A stretch of DNA of 60,122 nucleotides, the filler included, from Sphacelaria rigidula (lineage: Eukaryota), in NCBI GenBank assembly GCA_964200075.2. It is 10 parts of 10 records of this genome, joined end to end, with 100 filler letters (N's around TTAATTAATTAA, not from the genome) between each part and the next. Parts side by side here need not be neighbours in the genome. Positions count along the whole stretch, not along the records: positions 24,091 to 30,012 come from CAXNAA020023462.1; positions 30,113 to 36,034 come from CAXNAA020023463.1; positions 36,135 to 42,056 come from CAXNAA020023464.1; 7 more parts are not named here. One strand, given 5' to 3'. This document shows, in pieces, positions 25,510 through 38,727 of this stretch. Both the position numbers and the translations under genes were made by a program. A model generated the notes under the pieces. It had not been told where the DNA came from. It saw only the letters and a list, made by a program, of their open reading frames with translations, and searched no databases. The stretch's first letter is position 1, and the number at the start of each line of letters is the position of its first letter.

Positions 25510-25944
25510 TTACGAATATCCTCCGATCGAACAGGCTAGCTGAGACGTCCCTGAATCAGAACAACTTCCTGTGACGGCACCGCTTCTTCTTGCCCCTAGC
25601 CCGGTAGCGCTCCTCGCGGCCACGGCCGCTGCCGCTCGCCGCTGCCGATCCTGCCTCCGGTTTTTGTGCTTCTCTTGCCTCGCTCCAGTGGAAGTACTGA
25701 GAGGAGCGCTACTCCTGCCGGAGGCACTCTTTGTTGGCAGCAGCGCTCCTCCCCCCCATTCCCCCCCTCCTCCTCCTCGCCCAGAGCTCTTTTGCCGGCC
25801 CCTACCCCGACGTCCAGAAGTAAGAGTTGTGTAATTTTTGGTACTGGTGACCCTGGAAGTAGGAGGACCACCACCGACCGTGGCAGTGTTATTGCGTGTA
25901 CCGAACAAATACGCGTACTTTTGGCGACGTCGACTACGATGCAG

Positions 25945-25981
<37 letters not shown>

Positions 25982-28810
25982 CGTTGCTGCTGCTGTTGCT
26001 GTTGACGGCGCCGCCTGTACGAATTCTCGCGCAGCTGTTCCTCGAGACTCGCGGTGTGACTGAGTATGCTGTCCACAGCGCTAGTGGCGGTGTTGATGCG
26101 ATAGTGGTGGTTGGCACTGCTCCCTACGGTTGTTGCAACATGTTTTGCGTTGCCGGTGGTGCCCCATCTTGCCTCGTCTTCGCTCGGCGCGTCGAGTAAC
26201 CCTGACGGTGAAAATCGGTGAAAACTGTCGTTAGTGCTGCTACAGATTGTACTGCTAGGACTAGTGTGGGCTATTCGTTGGCGTCATTGCAGCGCCGACT
26301 TTTGGCGGTGGTACAAATAGAAAAACTTGTGGGAAACGTTTCTTTGAGGTACGGCGAGGGCGTGGAGTAAAGGCGACGATGATCATGTCGAGACCAGGGG
26401 AGCAAAGGAGAGACGGTGAGCGGGATTTCTGTTGTTGATTTCAGCTCTTCTTCGACCAAGTCACCTCCGGGTACATTTTACACCGCAAGTACGACTAGTG
26501 TGCATGTTGCCTGCTATTTGGTGCAGTTCCCACGAATTTCGACGCGGCCGTGGACTGCGCTCCGGATCCCGAAAGCATTCTGCGCCGTCTTCGCTGCTGG
26601 AGATCCCCTCTGTTGCCTCTCCCGTCTCGCCCCGGGCGTCTTGAGTCTTCCGTGGACGTCTCGTAGGCACAAAACTGCTCGCCTCTGATGCTGCAGATCT
26701 GTCGGTGTTGCATTTGTCTCGTAGCGGTATCACATCTACGCTTTTCTCGGTACCACTTGCATCGACACTACCACCTACACCCCCGCCGGGTAGCCTGCTC
26801 TCTCTCTGCCACCCCTCACCCCGCTCAACGTCACTCGATACCGCCCCGAGTTGTGGCGATCGCTTGGTCACCGTTGACGTCACCGCTGCAAGTACCGCGG
26901 CAGCCGTGCTCCTGACTAATCGTTCCACGCTTCTGCTGCGACCATCTTTCCCCCGTCGACGAACGGACACATCGCTCGAGACATCGCCGCTGTCGCCACC
27001 ACCGCTGCAATTCGGGCAGCAACGACCTGCCCCGTCACCATCACTCCCTTGCGGTGGCTGTCGTTCGTTGCTAGAAACAGCAGTAGCTGCCATTTTCCCC
27101 TGCTCATTGACGCCGGCAGCTGGCGTGTTTGTTCGCCTATCATCGTCGCTCCCATGGCTTTTGCCACCCACATGAGGTTGACGGTTGTACGTGTTGCTGC
27201 CGCGAACGCGCCTTCCGTCATCATCCCACTCAGCGGCGACCCCCGCACGTCCCCGGCCTCTAGTTGCTGCCGCCACCGCCGCGGTGGCGCTGCTGACCGT
27301 TGCATGCGATGTCGACAAGGACAATGCCGAAGCTCGTCGCCCCCCAGCAGCGGCTTGCTCGGCAGTAACAAGCGCCATTGGCTGGGGTGTTTCATGCAAG
27401 GTTTCATATCGCCCATCGTCCATGATTTTGTCCAAACAAGATGATCAGGATAAGCCGGGGTGAGGTCGGCAGGCGTAGAAGAGGGATGGGGGGGGGGGGG
27501 GGAGGGGCGATGGAATGTGAAGGGGTCAAATTCTCAGGAATTTAAATGCCCTGCTGCCCTCCGGTCTAGGCTGGTAAACTCGTATACGCGAGATTCTCCG
27601 ATTGGACAAGAACCGCGTCCGTCAACCGCCAGTTTCTTGCAGGATCCAGCGCATTTAGGGTGTGTACGGCTGAACGGTCGATCAACGAGAATTGGCGCGA
27701 GATACTCGAGGCACGGAGGAAAAAGTACAGTGCAAATGAGACCGCTGTTGGAACAAGAGGTGCTGGCCGGCGTTTCTCATCGAACCCTAAAAATACCGCG
27801 ATCTTCAACGGACAAACGGGTTATTCGTGCGGCATCATGTTCTAGGGGACGTTCAAGTGACACTAATCGCCGGAGGCGTCTCTGCAATTTTTCGAATACG
27901 TATTTCTGTCTGGCTAAGGTTTCTTCTGTGATGTACTGCGTATACCTCTCGCGCCACAGCTTGTTGATATGTCCGCTCCGTCGCGTGTATCCTATTGTGC
28001 GGCAGGCAAGTATAACGCGTTTCATGCACATGGTGTAAATCGTCGAAAACAACACCTTTCGCATCTCGAGCTTTCGATTGACGGCCGCCAGCTCCGCGCG
28101 GTATCTTGCCCTCAACCGTCCGACGTGCCTCTTTTCACTGGAAGCGACACCCCCAATCATGAATATTTCAAGAGTGGACGGCGGGAGGGAGGGGCCGGGG
28201 TGTAAGGGGAAGTGCGAGCGGGCGTGGGGGTGCAGGAGGGGGTGTAGGAGGGGCAGGGGGTGTATTTTCGTCGTGCTCGAGTGGTTCAACCACTGTTTAC
28301 ATTATAAATCCTGAAGCGTGCCGAACATTTTCTGCAGAGAGAACGGTTGTCAACGGCGGGGCAAGGGTGCGAGGTGCGCTAGTTGGCATCAAGAGCGAAA
28401 GAGTGATTGAGACATCAAGTGTTATCAGCTGGCAGGAGGCGACGACGCACAAGTTGCGGAAAGCTCTCTCTACGTACCTCTGCCTCCACGCGCCGTTGAG
28501 TCCCGTCAAAAGCTCCCAAACCATCCGTTTTTGCTCGTTCTCCAAGGAAATGAAACTGTAAGAACCATACATTCGCAAGGGGGTGACGGGGCACAGCACA
28601 GCACAGCACCGACCGGCGGCATGTGAATATTCGCCGATGGACGTGGCAGGAACGGTAGCACTGCGTGCAGAATACCAGCAGAACATTGTTTTATCTCTCG
28701 TATCGTAGGTCTGTACATGCGCCGAGGAGAGACGCGGTCGTTTCTTCCATCTACCCTGGCGTCGTATAAAGCATAGAAGCGCGATTCGCTTCGGTGGTTG
28801 CCGAAATAAC
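25510..28810 (-). pseudogene. Hypothetical gene relic with exon-like blocks, frameshifts and in-frame stops; ends in low-complexity Ala/Gly/Ser and poly-Q sequence
   Basis: There is an exon-like block ttacag|...FISLENEQKRMVWELLTGLNGAWRQR|gtacgt at ~28476-28556. Helical coding blocks at 27566-28150 switch frame near 27800. The 324-aa ORF 26461-27435 continues in another frame (NVPGGDLVEEELK...) interrupted by TAG stops, then a poly-Q frame at 25510-26076. No family recognised. Confidence 0.4.
25944..26004. repeat. (GTT)n/(GCT)n trinucleotide repeat (poly-Q on the minus strand)
   Basis: Direct reading. Confidence 0.95.
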
Positions 28811-29921
28811 TAGGGCTCTGCCGTTGTAACTCGATACACAGGATCACCAGGCAACCATCACTCATGGCGCAGCCTCCACCTAAGACATGGAGATCCGCCC
28901 ATCTCGGACGTTTCTTTTGGGTCTCGAATCTATCTGGAATCTCCATCCGGGACATCCACATGGGATACCGACCTCAATCTTCGACATGGATCTCCACCGA
29001 AGACATTAACCTGAAACGTGATCACCAGTATAGTGATCGCGAGGAAAAAATCGCATATTATTCGGAAATCCAACTGGGATCTGTGGAAATTCCATCTGGG
29101 ACACACTCCTGGCATGTCCATCACTGGAACCTCAGGTCCACCTCAGATACCCATTCAGGACTTGGGATGTCCCGTATGGACGTCCGTCTGAAACATCCCC
29201 CCTGCTGGAACCACTTCACCATGTCAGGCGATCTTTGCTGTTAATCGAAATCATCCAACCTCCCCCAACTTGAACCGCAACCGTAATCCTTACCCCTTCC
29301 CAACACCCATGCACAACCTGCGTACTGGTGATGACGCAGCGGAGCGGTGCATACTCTGTCAGGGCATACACCTGACCTAGCGTGAGCCGGGAGAGCGCGG
29401 TGCAGCATACGCTGGACGGGGGGACGTTTTGGTCACCATGCGCTGATAAGGTGTCGTGCTAGGTCAGCATAGGTGGATGTCCTACATGAACGAACCGGAC
29501 GGATTTGAGGTACAGGATAGGTATCTCTATTGGGCGTGATCTATGTTTCATATGGACGTAGCGTACATGTCCCAGGTGAGCCTGAGGCCCCACATTGATC
29601 CCCTAGATGAACGTACGTGATCCAGATGGACGTTCATCAAGAATATCTGAGGTGCGGATGGAACTCCACAATGAACGTTTACCTGGAATATTCCATTTTC
29701 AGATGGAGATCCCACATGAACCTAGCCCTGCTCAAAATACCCCCGTTACTCTCAACCCCAAACACGTCAATTTCTCTCAACGGTGAGGAGGTGGGAGAAT
29801 GCCATCAGCCCAATCGCAACTAAACGTCAACACTTGTTGTGGGCACACGACATTATGTTAGTCATTACCCCAAATATCCAACTTATGTACAGCACCAGCA
29901 ACTGTATCTGCATGGATGCCG

Positions 29922-30012
29922 GTCGCCACGGTGGCTCAGTTAGTAACCTCGAAACCTTCTGACGGTTGGGTCGCGGGTTCAAATCTCGGAGCGATCTGGG
30001 ATTTTTTCTCAC
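29922..30012 (+). mobile_element. tRNA-derived SINE head
   Basis: GTCGCCACGGTGGCTCAGTTAGTAACCTCG...GGGTTCAAATC contains Pol III box A (TGGCTCAGTTAG) and box B (GGTTCAAATC), but I could not fold a full cloverleaf. A second copy is at 48179-48239 (-). Confidence 0.75.
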
Positions 30013-30488
30013 NNNNNNNNNNNNNNNNNNNNNNNNNNNNNNNNNNNNNNNNNNNNTTAATTAATTAANNNNNNNNNNNNNNNNNNNNNNNNNNNNNNNN
30101 NNNNNNNNNNNNCCCTTTTGGGCAATCAGGCCGAAGAAATCGTGAATTTGGTGATTTTGAGTCGTGATGATTTGTCCTAACCGTGAACGTTTCTCACAAC
30201 TGGTGCGCAGCTGATATCGTGCAGAGCGTTTCGTTCCACGGGCGACGGACAGGTCAGAGTTTTTACCCGTGGTCGTTTGTGTTATTTCCACAAAAAAATA
30301 CCATGGGAATGCTTCAAGACCGATGAAGATCTCCTGCATCCACCGCGGTTTCCGCTTGCAAAAAACAACGAGCAGGGTGAATTTGAGGGGGGAAATGCCG
30401 CACCCCGATGCTCAGTGTGTTGTCACGCTCAGATATTAGATAAAATCATCGGAAATAATATGAAGAGAGTACAACAAACTAGCCGTAC

Positions 30489-33400
30489 CGTCTGGGGCGG
30501 CGGACGCCCCGCTGTAATCGTTGATGCGACCGGCAGACGTGCTGCTACGGTATCCAGGAGCGCCGACCGCCCTGTTGCTGTTGTCCTTGATGTTGTTTCT
30601 ACTGTCGGCATTGCTGCGGCTGCGAATATTCTTCGTCCATGACCGATATTCGCGGAGCACGATTGCTATCTCACGGTCGCAGGCTTCATGAACTGCCATG
30701 CGCGTCACCTCCAACGGCCGGTGCGCACTCACCTGTGGACCTTGACAACGTAGGCTGCTGAGTTATTCCCCTTGCTACGTACGAGATTTTTGCGTAATTC
30801 TTTATATGCATTACGGTCTCTCTATGTTTTGAAAACGCCAACATTTCAGTCAGTTGTGGCGTCATTTGCATGCTCACTGTAGTCCAACGAGGATGAGCAG
30901 AAAGTGTTGCGTTGCTTTGGATGGGATCACGTTGTGACATTGTCCGGGTTCTGTCAAAAGCATCGCAACCGCGTGCCGGTGATCACACGGCGTATTCGCA
31001 GCAGCAGTACTCACCGCCGCCGAGAATGTTTTGCTGTGATCGACGATTTACAGTAGCGGGCGGTCTAACTATTCATTTTGTGGCATTTTGTTCCTTTTTC
31101 GTAATTGGCGACTTTCTTGGGCTCTTTTCGCTTGCAACCGCTTATCACATTGGAGATATGAAGATATTTGTATCCGCTTCACATTTGAAGAAAACAAAAT
31201 CATCTATACTCAATATTGAGTGACTTACGGGCTGAACGGTCATCGGGGGTCCTGCCACGTTTCAGCCCAGATTCTTACTCTTCGGCATTTTCGGTCGATC
31301 GAGCCTGTCCCGATCATATTTGTGAAGAAATGTACGTTTTTTAGTAATTTATTATGTCTATTCATCGCTCTAGGGCCGAAAAACTGTTTTTTACCTTCAG
31401 TAACACCCTCCTGATAAACGAGGTATTTACTCGTATCGCCCGATAACACCAACTAACACTGACTTGGGCGCTGTGTTTCGAGGATGATACTGTTTATTGT
31501 ACCGAAATCTACCGAAGCTAGCAATTTCGAGTTCTATCGAAGAGTAGAATACGAGGAAAACCCCAAAACGCCCCTGAATAGTTAGACCGCCCACTGCTGT
31601 ATATGGAATACCCCACAAATCACAGTGTTCAAGCTTAACGCCTTGGGAGTATTCCCCAAGTATCACCTCAGTTTTGTGGTGTAGAGATTGACCAGCGAAG
31701 ATTTTCGATCCCGGGGCTCGGGGAGTTCCTCTAAGCTCCCACAGACGTGCTACCTTGGGGTCTAGATATATGCAGCAAAAGTTATTTATGCGGTTTGTGA
31801 GGTATAGTGATCGAAAAATAGCATGCAGTAATAACACACCTCTCCTTTACTCAGAGACACGAGGCAGTGAGCCGCCAGCACGCCTCGCTCGTGCCTGAGC
31901 GCTCCCTCCATCGCGCGTATCTCCGCCAGTTCCTTGGCTGGGACCAGGATAAATCCTTCTTCCTTGTCATTTTCCGGCTTTGTCGTTGGCAACATCTTCC
32001 GCGCACACGAACGAATATGCCCCTAGGGGAGGAGGGGGAGAAAAAATAGAGGCAAGCTCTCACAGGACCACAGAGGCCCCGAGACAGAGGTGGAGACGGA
32101 GGCAGATACGGGTATGAGAGGGCAGATAGATAGACAGGTAAACAGACAAACAGGCAGGCAGGCGCAGGCAGGCGCAGGCAGGCGCAGGCAGGCAGGCAGG
32201 CAAACAGATAATGGAGCTTACTGTCACCTGTTACATCTTGTGTCGGGAATTCCACAGTACAATCATGTAGGTGGAAGAGACATGCCAATCGTTGAGAGCC
32301 CTCGTATCACACACATATTGGAGAAGAGAGAAATGGTTCATGCGAAAGAACAGTAATGAATTGAAAGCTAGAAGCCCAAGGACGGGAGGCCGAGATTAAG
32401 GTGGACATGGATGCGTACACGTTCAGGGTGTTCTTCAACGGTTTACCTGTTTCCCCCCATTCACTGCACCCCCCCAGTAAGCCCAGATAGGCTCGCCCTC
32501 CGCCCTGGGACTCCGAAACATCTTTTCCGGTTCCAGTCTCCGAAAAACTTTGCGTAGTTCGGCTACGCCATGAGTACCCGTTCTGATTCCCATACTTCGG
32601 CGGTCAGTCAACAGCGCATTCTCTGGCGATAGCTGTGGTGCAGGAATCCCGCTCTTCGCCTCTGGACTGTCAGCCGCGCAGGGTGCTGTTGTGGGGCGTG
32701 ATGACGTTGGTTGCCGTGTCTGCTGTCGTGGTGCTGTTGGTATTTGTGCTGATGTTGATGGTCTCGATGGTGTTGCGAGCGGTGGAGGGAAGTAAGGATA
32801 CAGCTCTTCATACTCTTGCGCTCGCAGTGTACGAGCCCGTTGCACCCAGGCGGATCGGATAAAATCGTTGCGCACTGGAAAAAGCAACCGGGGGTTCCTG
32901 GAATGTATTCAGAGGGGCAAGTGGACATGAGGGCGAGCGTGAGTCACAGAACGGTGTACCGTGCCATGCTCTTGTATGATGAAGAATTTTCATGGTTTCA
33001 TGCTCCAAGTGAGCACTTCATCATCTATGCCTGGGTCTGTCTTTGTGCTCGGACATTCGGCTTCAATCGAGGTGTTGTCTGCACCGAAAATTCACGTAAA
33101 AGACCGACATTGCTACAGCCGCTTCAATATAGAGAAAAAATCAGTATGTGAAAGTGCGATGGCGCCGCCTAGATTCCTTGCACAAGGCATCAAGCTCGCA
33201 CACTCCAGGACAACATACTATTTGAACGTTTTTGCAAATGGCTGGCCAGTCGGCAATAGCTACCTGGCTTGTGTATATCTGTGCGGTTTCATGTCGATTT
33301 CTGTGTCTGTATCGGCGTGTATTTGTATGTATGCAGGTGTCTGCTCGGCCGTAAACTCCACACTTCTGTTCGGTAAGCGGCGACACGCTGGAGCAGCGAC

Positions 33401-34049
33401 GCATTTAAGCGGCGCGTTGATCAATTAGTGAGCTATGCATCAACAGTATTTTTTCAAGTATTGTGAGTAAACTTCCGACATCTGTGGAGTATAATGATCA
33501 AAATGTTCGTAGGAGATTTGTTGTGGAAGTTTCCTGTGGTAGGCAATACGTTGTCAGGCCGTTGTGTTGGAGAATTGGGCCTCCGGAGCGTTCTGCAGGA
33601 CAGCCTTCATGCATTCTTCATGTATGTAGGTGTGTTTCGAATCAATGAGTAATCAGATAAGCCAGGCAATATTTGCAATCATGAAACACCGCAAGACTCA
33701 CTTATTTTGTTCCCTGTCAACTTCTCTCATTCCCGACCGATGGCCTTGACGTAATGAAAGGCAATTTGCCCGGACTAATGATTGATTGCCGCATACTATA
33801 CTCTAGCGTGCAGGAGTCGACACTGCAGACCGATCACCTGTAGTACGATAATTGAGTCCAGGAACCAAGGAGGGGGGAAGAGCGCTCCTACTCACTCCGG
33901 GGTGACAGCGGATAGCTACGCGACATGGTCCGCGTGCTGGGGGCACGCGTTGATGAGAGGTCGTTGGCATCGCAGGGAAAGAGTAGCCAGCGTTGTGAAA
34001 GCCGGGAACCCTTCACAGTAGGCGAGGAGTGAGGTCTGTCCGTGGGCAT
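30489..34049 (-). CDS. Hypothetical protein, 5' part, 4 exons: 34049-33896, 32874-32447, 31995-31840, 30732-30489
   Basis: ATG at 34049 (MPTDRPHSSP...). Donors gtgagt/gtaaac/gtgtgt/gtacgg and acceptors ttccag/ggaag/cacag, with phases 1,0,0 all compatible. The spliced frame is open (...MRNDFIRSAWVQRARTLRAQEYEELYPYF...GGKQ-MLPTTKPENDKEEGFILVPAKELAEIRAMEGALRHERGVLAAHCLVSLSKGE-VSAHRPLEVTRMAVHEACDREIAIVLREYRSW...). No domain recognised. Confidence 0.65.
32151..32202. repeat. (CAGG)n / (GCAGGCAGGC)n simple repeat in an intron
   Basis: Direct reading. Confidence 0.9.
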
Positions 34050-37000
34050 AGCGCAGACGTCACCGATAGAAGGCGGAGGGGTTTAAGACTGGGCTCTTCG
34101 AGGAGGGTCGGCGGAAATTCAAGGCCCGGGTTCCCTGGCCCATCCCGCGGCTGGGACAGCTGAGTAGTGGGAAACTACCGAGGTGATTTGCTTGGGCTTA
34201 GGATTGGGTGTTTAAGAATATAATCTGTTGAGGGTCATATTCATTTTCTTCCTGGTCAGGCGTTTACAACCTTGGATGAAACGTCGCCTGTAGACATCGG
34301 AACAGCACTCCTCCATGCTCGGGGTGAGAATTTTGGACTAGTGATGATCGGGGTTTGTGGGGGCCTCGGAGGATCTGCCATCCGCTGCGTTTTATTCTGA
34401 AGACACAATGCGCGAGAGCGCATATGGTTGTGTTGGTACCGTAGCAGGTACTTGATGTCGGACGTAAATATCTGGTCTCGTGAAGCGCAGAGGGGGTTGA
34501 GTGCATGTCGTCACTAGCAGCTGAATAGGTGTGTTGCTTGTGCGCAGGAAAGATGAATTCCTGCTTGACAGGGGCAAATAGCTTTTCGAGGCACAGTGTG
34601 TTGGATATAGTTGCTTTTGTGTTCGTCAGTATTACCGACGCTGTGAATGTGTACCGTTGGCGAAAACACCTTTTCTCCTTGTTTCTTTGCAGGGTAGAGA
34701 CGCGCACTGACTGCTGTACCATACCGAGCCAATTGTCTCAGGTATTTCCCGCGATTACGATGGTAGACGCGTTGGGTACTCATACAGTATGTTAGCGTGC
34801 TTAACCTCAGACAAGGATAAGATCAAAAGTCCGATAGTCCTTCCTGTACCGTGGCAATCGGTCAATTGTTCTATGGTGTCAAGCCCGAACTTGGTCCGAG
34901 AGAGGATCAAGCGTATTGATTGTAATAAACAATAGTCAAATGTCAACGAATGTATGATAGTATCCGTCGAGATGACGCAGTCGTACACAGCACCGTGAAA
35001 TGGGTAATGCTGTCTTCTTCAGACGACGTTGATGGTGCACGGGTAAAATCAGGTGAAAGAAACAAGGCAAATATTTCTGGTCACCTGTGAAATAGATGGT
35101 CTACCAGTATAGTTTACAGGACTTTGCTTCTGACTGCAGGGTCTTAGTTTTGAGACGAACTGATCGGAGAGCGGAATTCTGCAATTCAATGCGCTTGATT
35201 TCGCGCGACGTTCTGTTGACAATTGAATACCGTTTTCCCTGTATTTCGTGGCAGAAGACTTCTCTGACATACGAAAGCGTTTTGAAGTGGTAGGTTTGCT
35301 CGGTATTGATCGTATTGTAGCAGAACATCGATTTGTTTAGCTCTAGCTCTTCAACAGCTGGCTGAGGTTGTATGACTTGTATTACGAGTAGTTGCTCAGA
35401 CTTTGAGGTTTTGACCGGCTACAACCGTGCTTTCGCTAAGTGGAAAACGTCTAGGGTAGAAAGGTCTAGCGCTTTGTGGTTCAAGCCGTGGCGGTTTTCG
35501 GGTCCTAAACTGTCGTGTGGCATCAAGGGTACTCAAAGCAGCTAAGTACTCTTTCTACCTGTTTTCAGTGTACTGGATCGAAGGAGAACTTGACGTAAGA
35601 CCGATACTAGTTTCGTAGGAATCACACCACGCTAGGCGTTGATCATTTGGGCCAGGACGTTTCTCACTGAGGGCTCATGAAGTATCATCCCGAATTTTCC
35701 TAGCCCCCTGGGATGCTAATCATGGCGTACTGCCATCTTTCACAAGTCGTTTTTGGATGAGATGAAGAGTTCTTAGCAATTCAAACCTGCAAAACGTTTT
35801 TTGTAATCTTACCGCGGCATGACTCTTGTCGGCTTGGAAGTTGAGCTATTCTGGGCGTGATCCTGCCGGGTTGACGCCGTGGTGCGGTTTGTAAAACGCC
35901 ATAATATCCTATCATATGATCATGTACTTCTATCTCTGAGATGCACGTTTCCATAGTGATGAACTGACACTTTCTACGATAGCCCCCCCCCCAAAAGTGC
36001 ATGGTTTTGGCAGGCAAAATCTTCACGTAAATCGNNNNNNNNNNNNNNNNNNNNNNNNNNNNNNNNNNNNNNNNNNNNTTAATTAATTAANNNNNNNNNN
36101 NNNNNNNNNNNNNNNNNNNNNNNNNNNNNNNNNNTGATCCGTCTCGAAAGGGATGCGTGGTCAATGCTCAAATTGCTAAGGCAAGCAACAAAAAAGTACG
36201 CCCCCCCCCCCCCGCGCGCCCCCCCTCCAACTAAGGGTTGGCGTCGGTTGGCGAAGGCGCTGTAAAATTCGTCACTCACTACGTAAGGTGGGCAGTCACA
36301 TTACCGTTATTGTTTTTCTTCACATTTGTGTTTCTTTTTTTGCGGCAACCATGATGGTGGTAGAGCTGGATCATATTATGTGGGGTTCAGAACATCAACT
36401 CCGCGCAAAGGGGATGATCGGATCGCGTGACGTTTAAACGGTGAGACACAGATGAGGCAGTGTGTAAGCCGCGGCTGTCTCTGGAAGTGGTGATACCCCA
36501 AGATGAAGCAACTCGTTGGAGGTTGCCATACAAATACAAGATAATCGGTACGCTTCGGGTCGAACAATTGTAGCAGGATGGAGCTCACCATCCATGCGGC
36601 TTGTCCAACACACCACGGCGCTTCACGATTGGTGATTGATCGCCAGCCTGGTCCGCGAAAACCCGTCAGACAGGCTGACTCGTACAGTACACGCCACCGC
36701 TTTGGGTGTTATTCTGTATGCTTGAAGAAGAAAAAAAACTGTACCGAGGAAAAAAAAAATAAACGCCAAGTTACTCGTATCATGAGCATGTCTACGCTGT
36801 TTACTGCGGAGCGTGGCGGGGGTAAACAAGAGCATACCTCCACGACGAGTGCTCCTTGACTCTATCGCTCCCTTTTCATTTAGCAGGTTAGAACATGAAT
36901 TTTGAGCGTGCTACGGAAGGGGTGGCATATCTCTCAGGTTAGGATAAACACAAAGTTGGTTAAGGGGAGGTAATATTAACCCAAGTACTTGGGTTTTGCC

Positions 37001-38520
37001 AGACATAAGTCAGGCTTCTGAAAATGAAGTTGATCAACGTCTTGAAGGTCACGTCTCGGCGGGACTCGGAGCAAGGATGTGCGGTGTTTTTGCGAAGTTG
37101 TTAAGCGTTGACTGCGAGTCGGAAAGAGCGAGCCGATGTGGTGAAATAAAAACAAAACGAGGCGGCGAATTTTTCTGGATACCTAAAGACCCCGTTGCTC
37201 CCTGTCGGCGGGGAGAAGGGAGGGGTAGGAGAGGAGCAGCTTTACCTTGTCAGTAGTCTGTGTACTGTACGTCACTCCTGCAGCTAATGCGGCTGCCTGC
37301 AACAGGCGGCCTCAACACCACCTTTTCGAGCGGTTTTCGGTCGTCGTCTCAAGGTTTTGTTTAAGGCATAAAAGGGGGGGGGGGTGTACTCATTTGTTGC
37401 TTGCCTTCGTCGTTTGACCATTGACCACGCATCTCTTTCGAGACGGAGCGCAAAGGGGGGAGGGGAAGGAGGTGGTGCCTGAGCGGAGAGATGCACAACC
37501 CCTTGTGCTACGAAAAGAAACATTGCAGCTGTGCAGTGCAAGAGTCATACTCTACGTTGCATCAAGCGCACACCAACGCAATTGCTTATAATAGTCACTT
37601 GCTAAACATGTGCCCTACACAAAAGCACAAGATGGACGCTGCGGCGAGAAAGTTCACACTCCGCCACAGAGCAATATATCGGTATTTCGTTTCCTGATTT
37701 AGTGTTACAACAGCATGCCGCCGTGCCTCCGACGGTGTTAATCGGTACAGCTGGCAACAATGAGGAAGGAGAAAATGCACCAAGCGATGCCCGAGAGTAT
37801 TTTTCTTCTTTTGCCGAAAACGGGACAGCGTGAGCGTGGCAAAAAAGAGCTTATCCGACAAAAGTCGAGTCGACGCAGTTCGGGAGCGATACTTGATCTG
37901 CTGATCCAATCCGCACTTCTTCTCATCTCGTCACATTTTGAACCCCTCCTTGTCCTCGGGACGAGCCCGTCTTCTCAAGGGATCGTTCCATCTCTCCCCC
38001 GGCACACGCTTTGCATTTTGGTCTCGCGGATTGGATCATGACCACCAGCACTCCCGCACCGCGTCAACTCACGTCAAATACACTCAGTCGACTGCTGTCG
38101 GACAAAATTTCAAACTTGTATAAGCTGGGGGGAGATATCGGCTGGTCCCTTGACACCACGGACTCTAACCGAGGAAGGGGAAGGGTTCAGAGTAAAAGAC
38201 GAGAACAATATCTCCTCATGTGGTGATACACCCACGAGGCCGTGAGTAAGCCGTCACTGCCTCTGGAAGTGGCGATACCAGAAAATGAAGTATCTCATCG
38301 TAGGCTGCCATCCAAATTCCAAATATTAAGTACGTTTCAGGCCGAATAATCTTAGCAGGATGTAGCTCACCCTTCATGCGACTTACCGAACACACCACGG
38401 CGCTTCGCGCTCGGTGATTGATTGCGAGCCTGGTCCGGCGAAAATACAACACACAGGCATACTCCGTCCCGGCATTTTAGGGATGCGAGGTCAACAGTTT
38501 CATGACTATGGTACGCACTT

Positions 38521-38727
38521 TAATGCGTGAGAGGGCCGTGTGCTTGGGGGACCGCATCGTAGTTCAAAACACCTCAGGATAGACGTTTTTCAAAACCAAT
38601 CGGGCCAGTCCCTGCAGGTACCACGCCCCTGACCATAACCCTAACACTAACTCTGACCCTAAACCTAACCATAGGGGTGTTCAAATTCCAATGCGGTCCT
38701 CTAAGCACGCGGTCCTCTCACGCATTA
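38521..38727. mobile_element. ~207-bp MITE with 37-bp TIRs and an internal degenerate (CCCTAA)-like tract
   Basis: TAATGCGTGAGAGGGCCGTGTGCTTGGGGGACCGCAT vs the reverse complement of the right end, TAATGCGTGAGAGGACCGCGTGCTTAGAGGACCGCAT. Interior cctgaccataaccctaacactaactctgaccctaaacctaaccata. Confidence 0.85.

Noticed and set aside
29922..29995. Possible tRNA gene
   Set aside because: Box A and box B are present, but I could not form acceptor and anticodon stems, and a diverged second copy exists. Better explained as a SINE.
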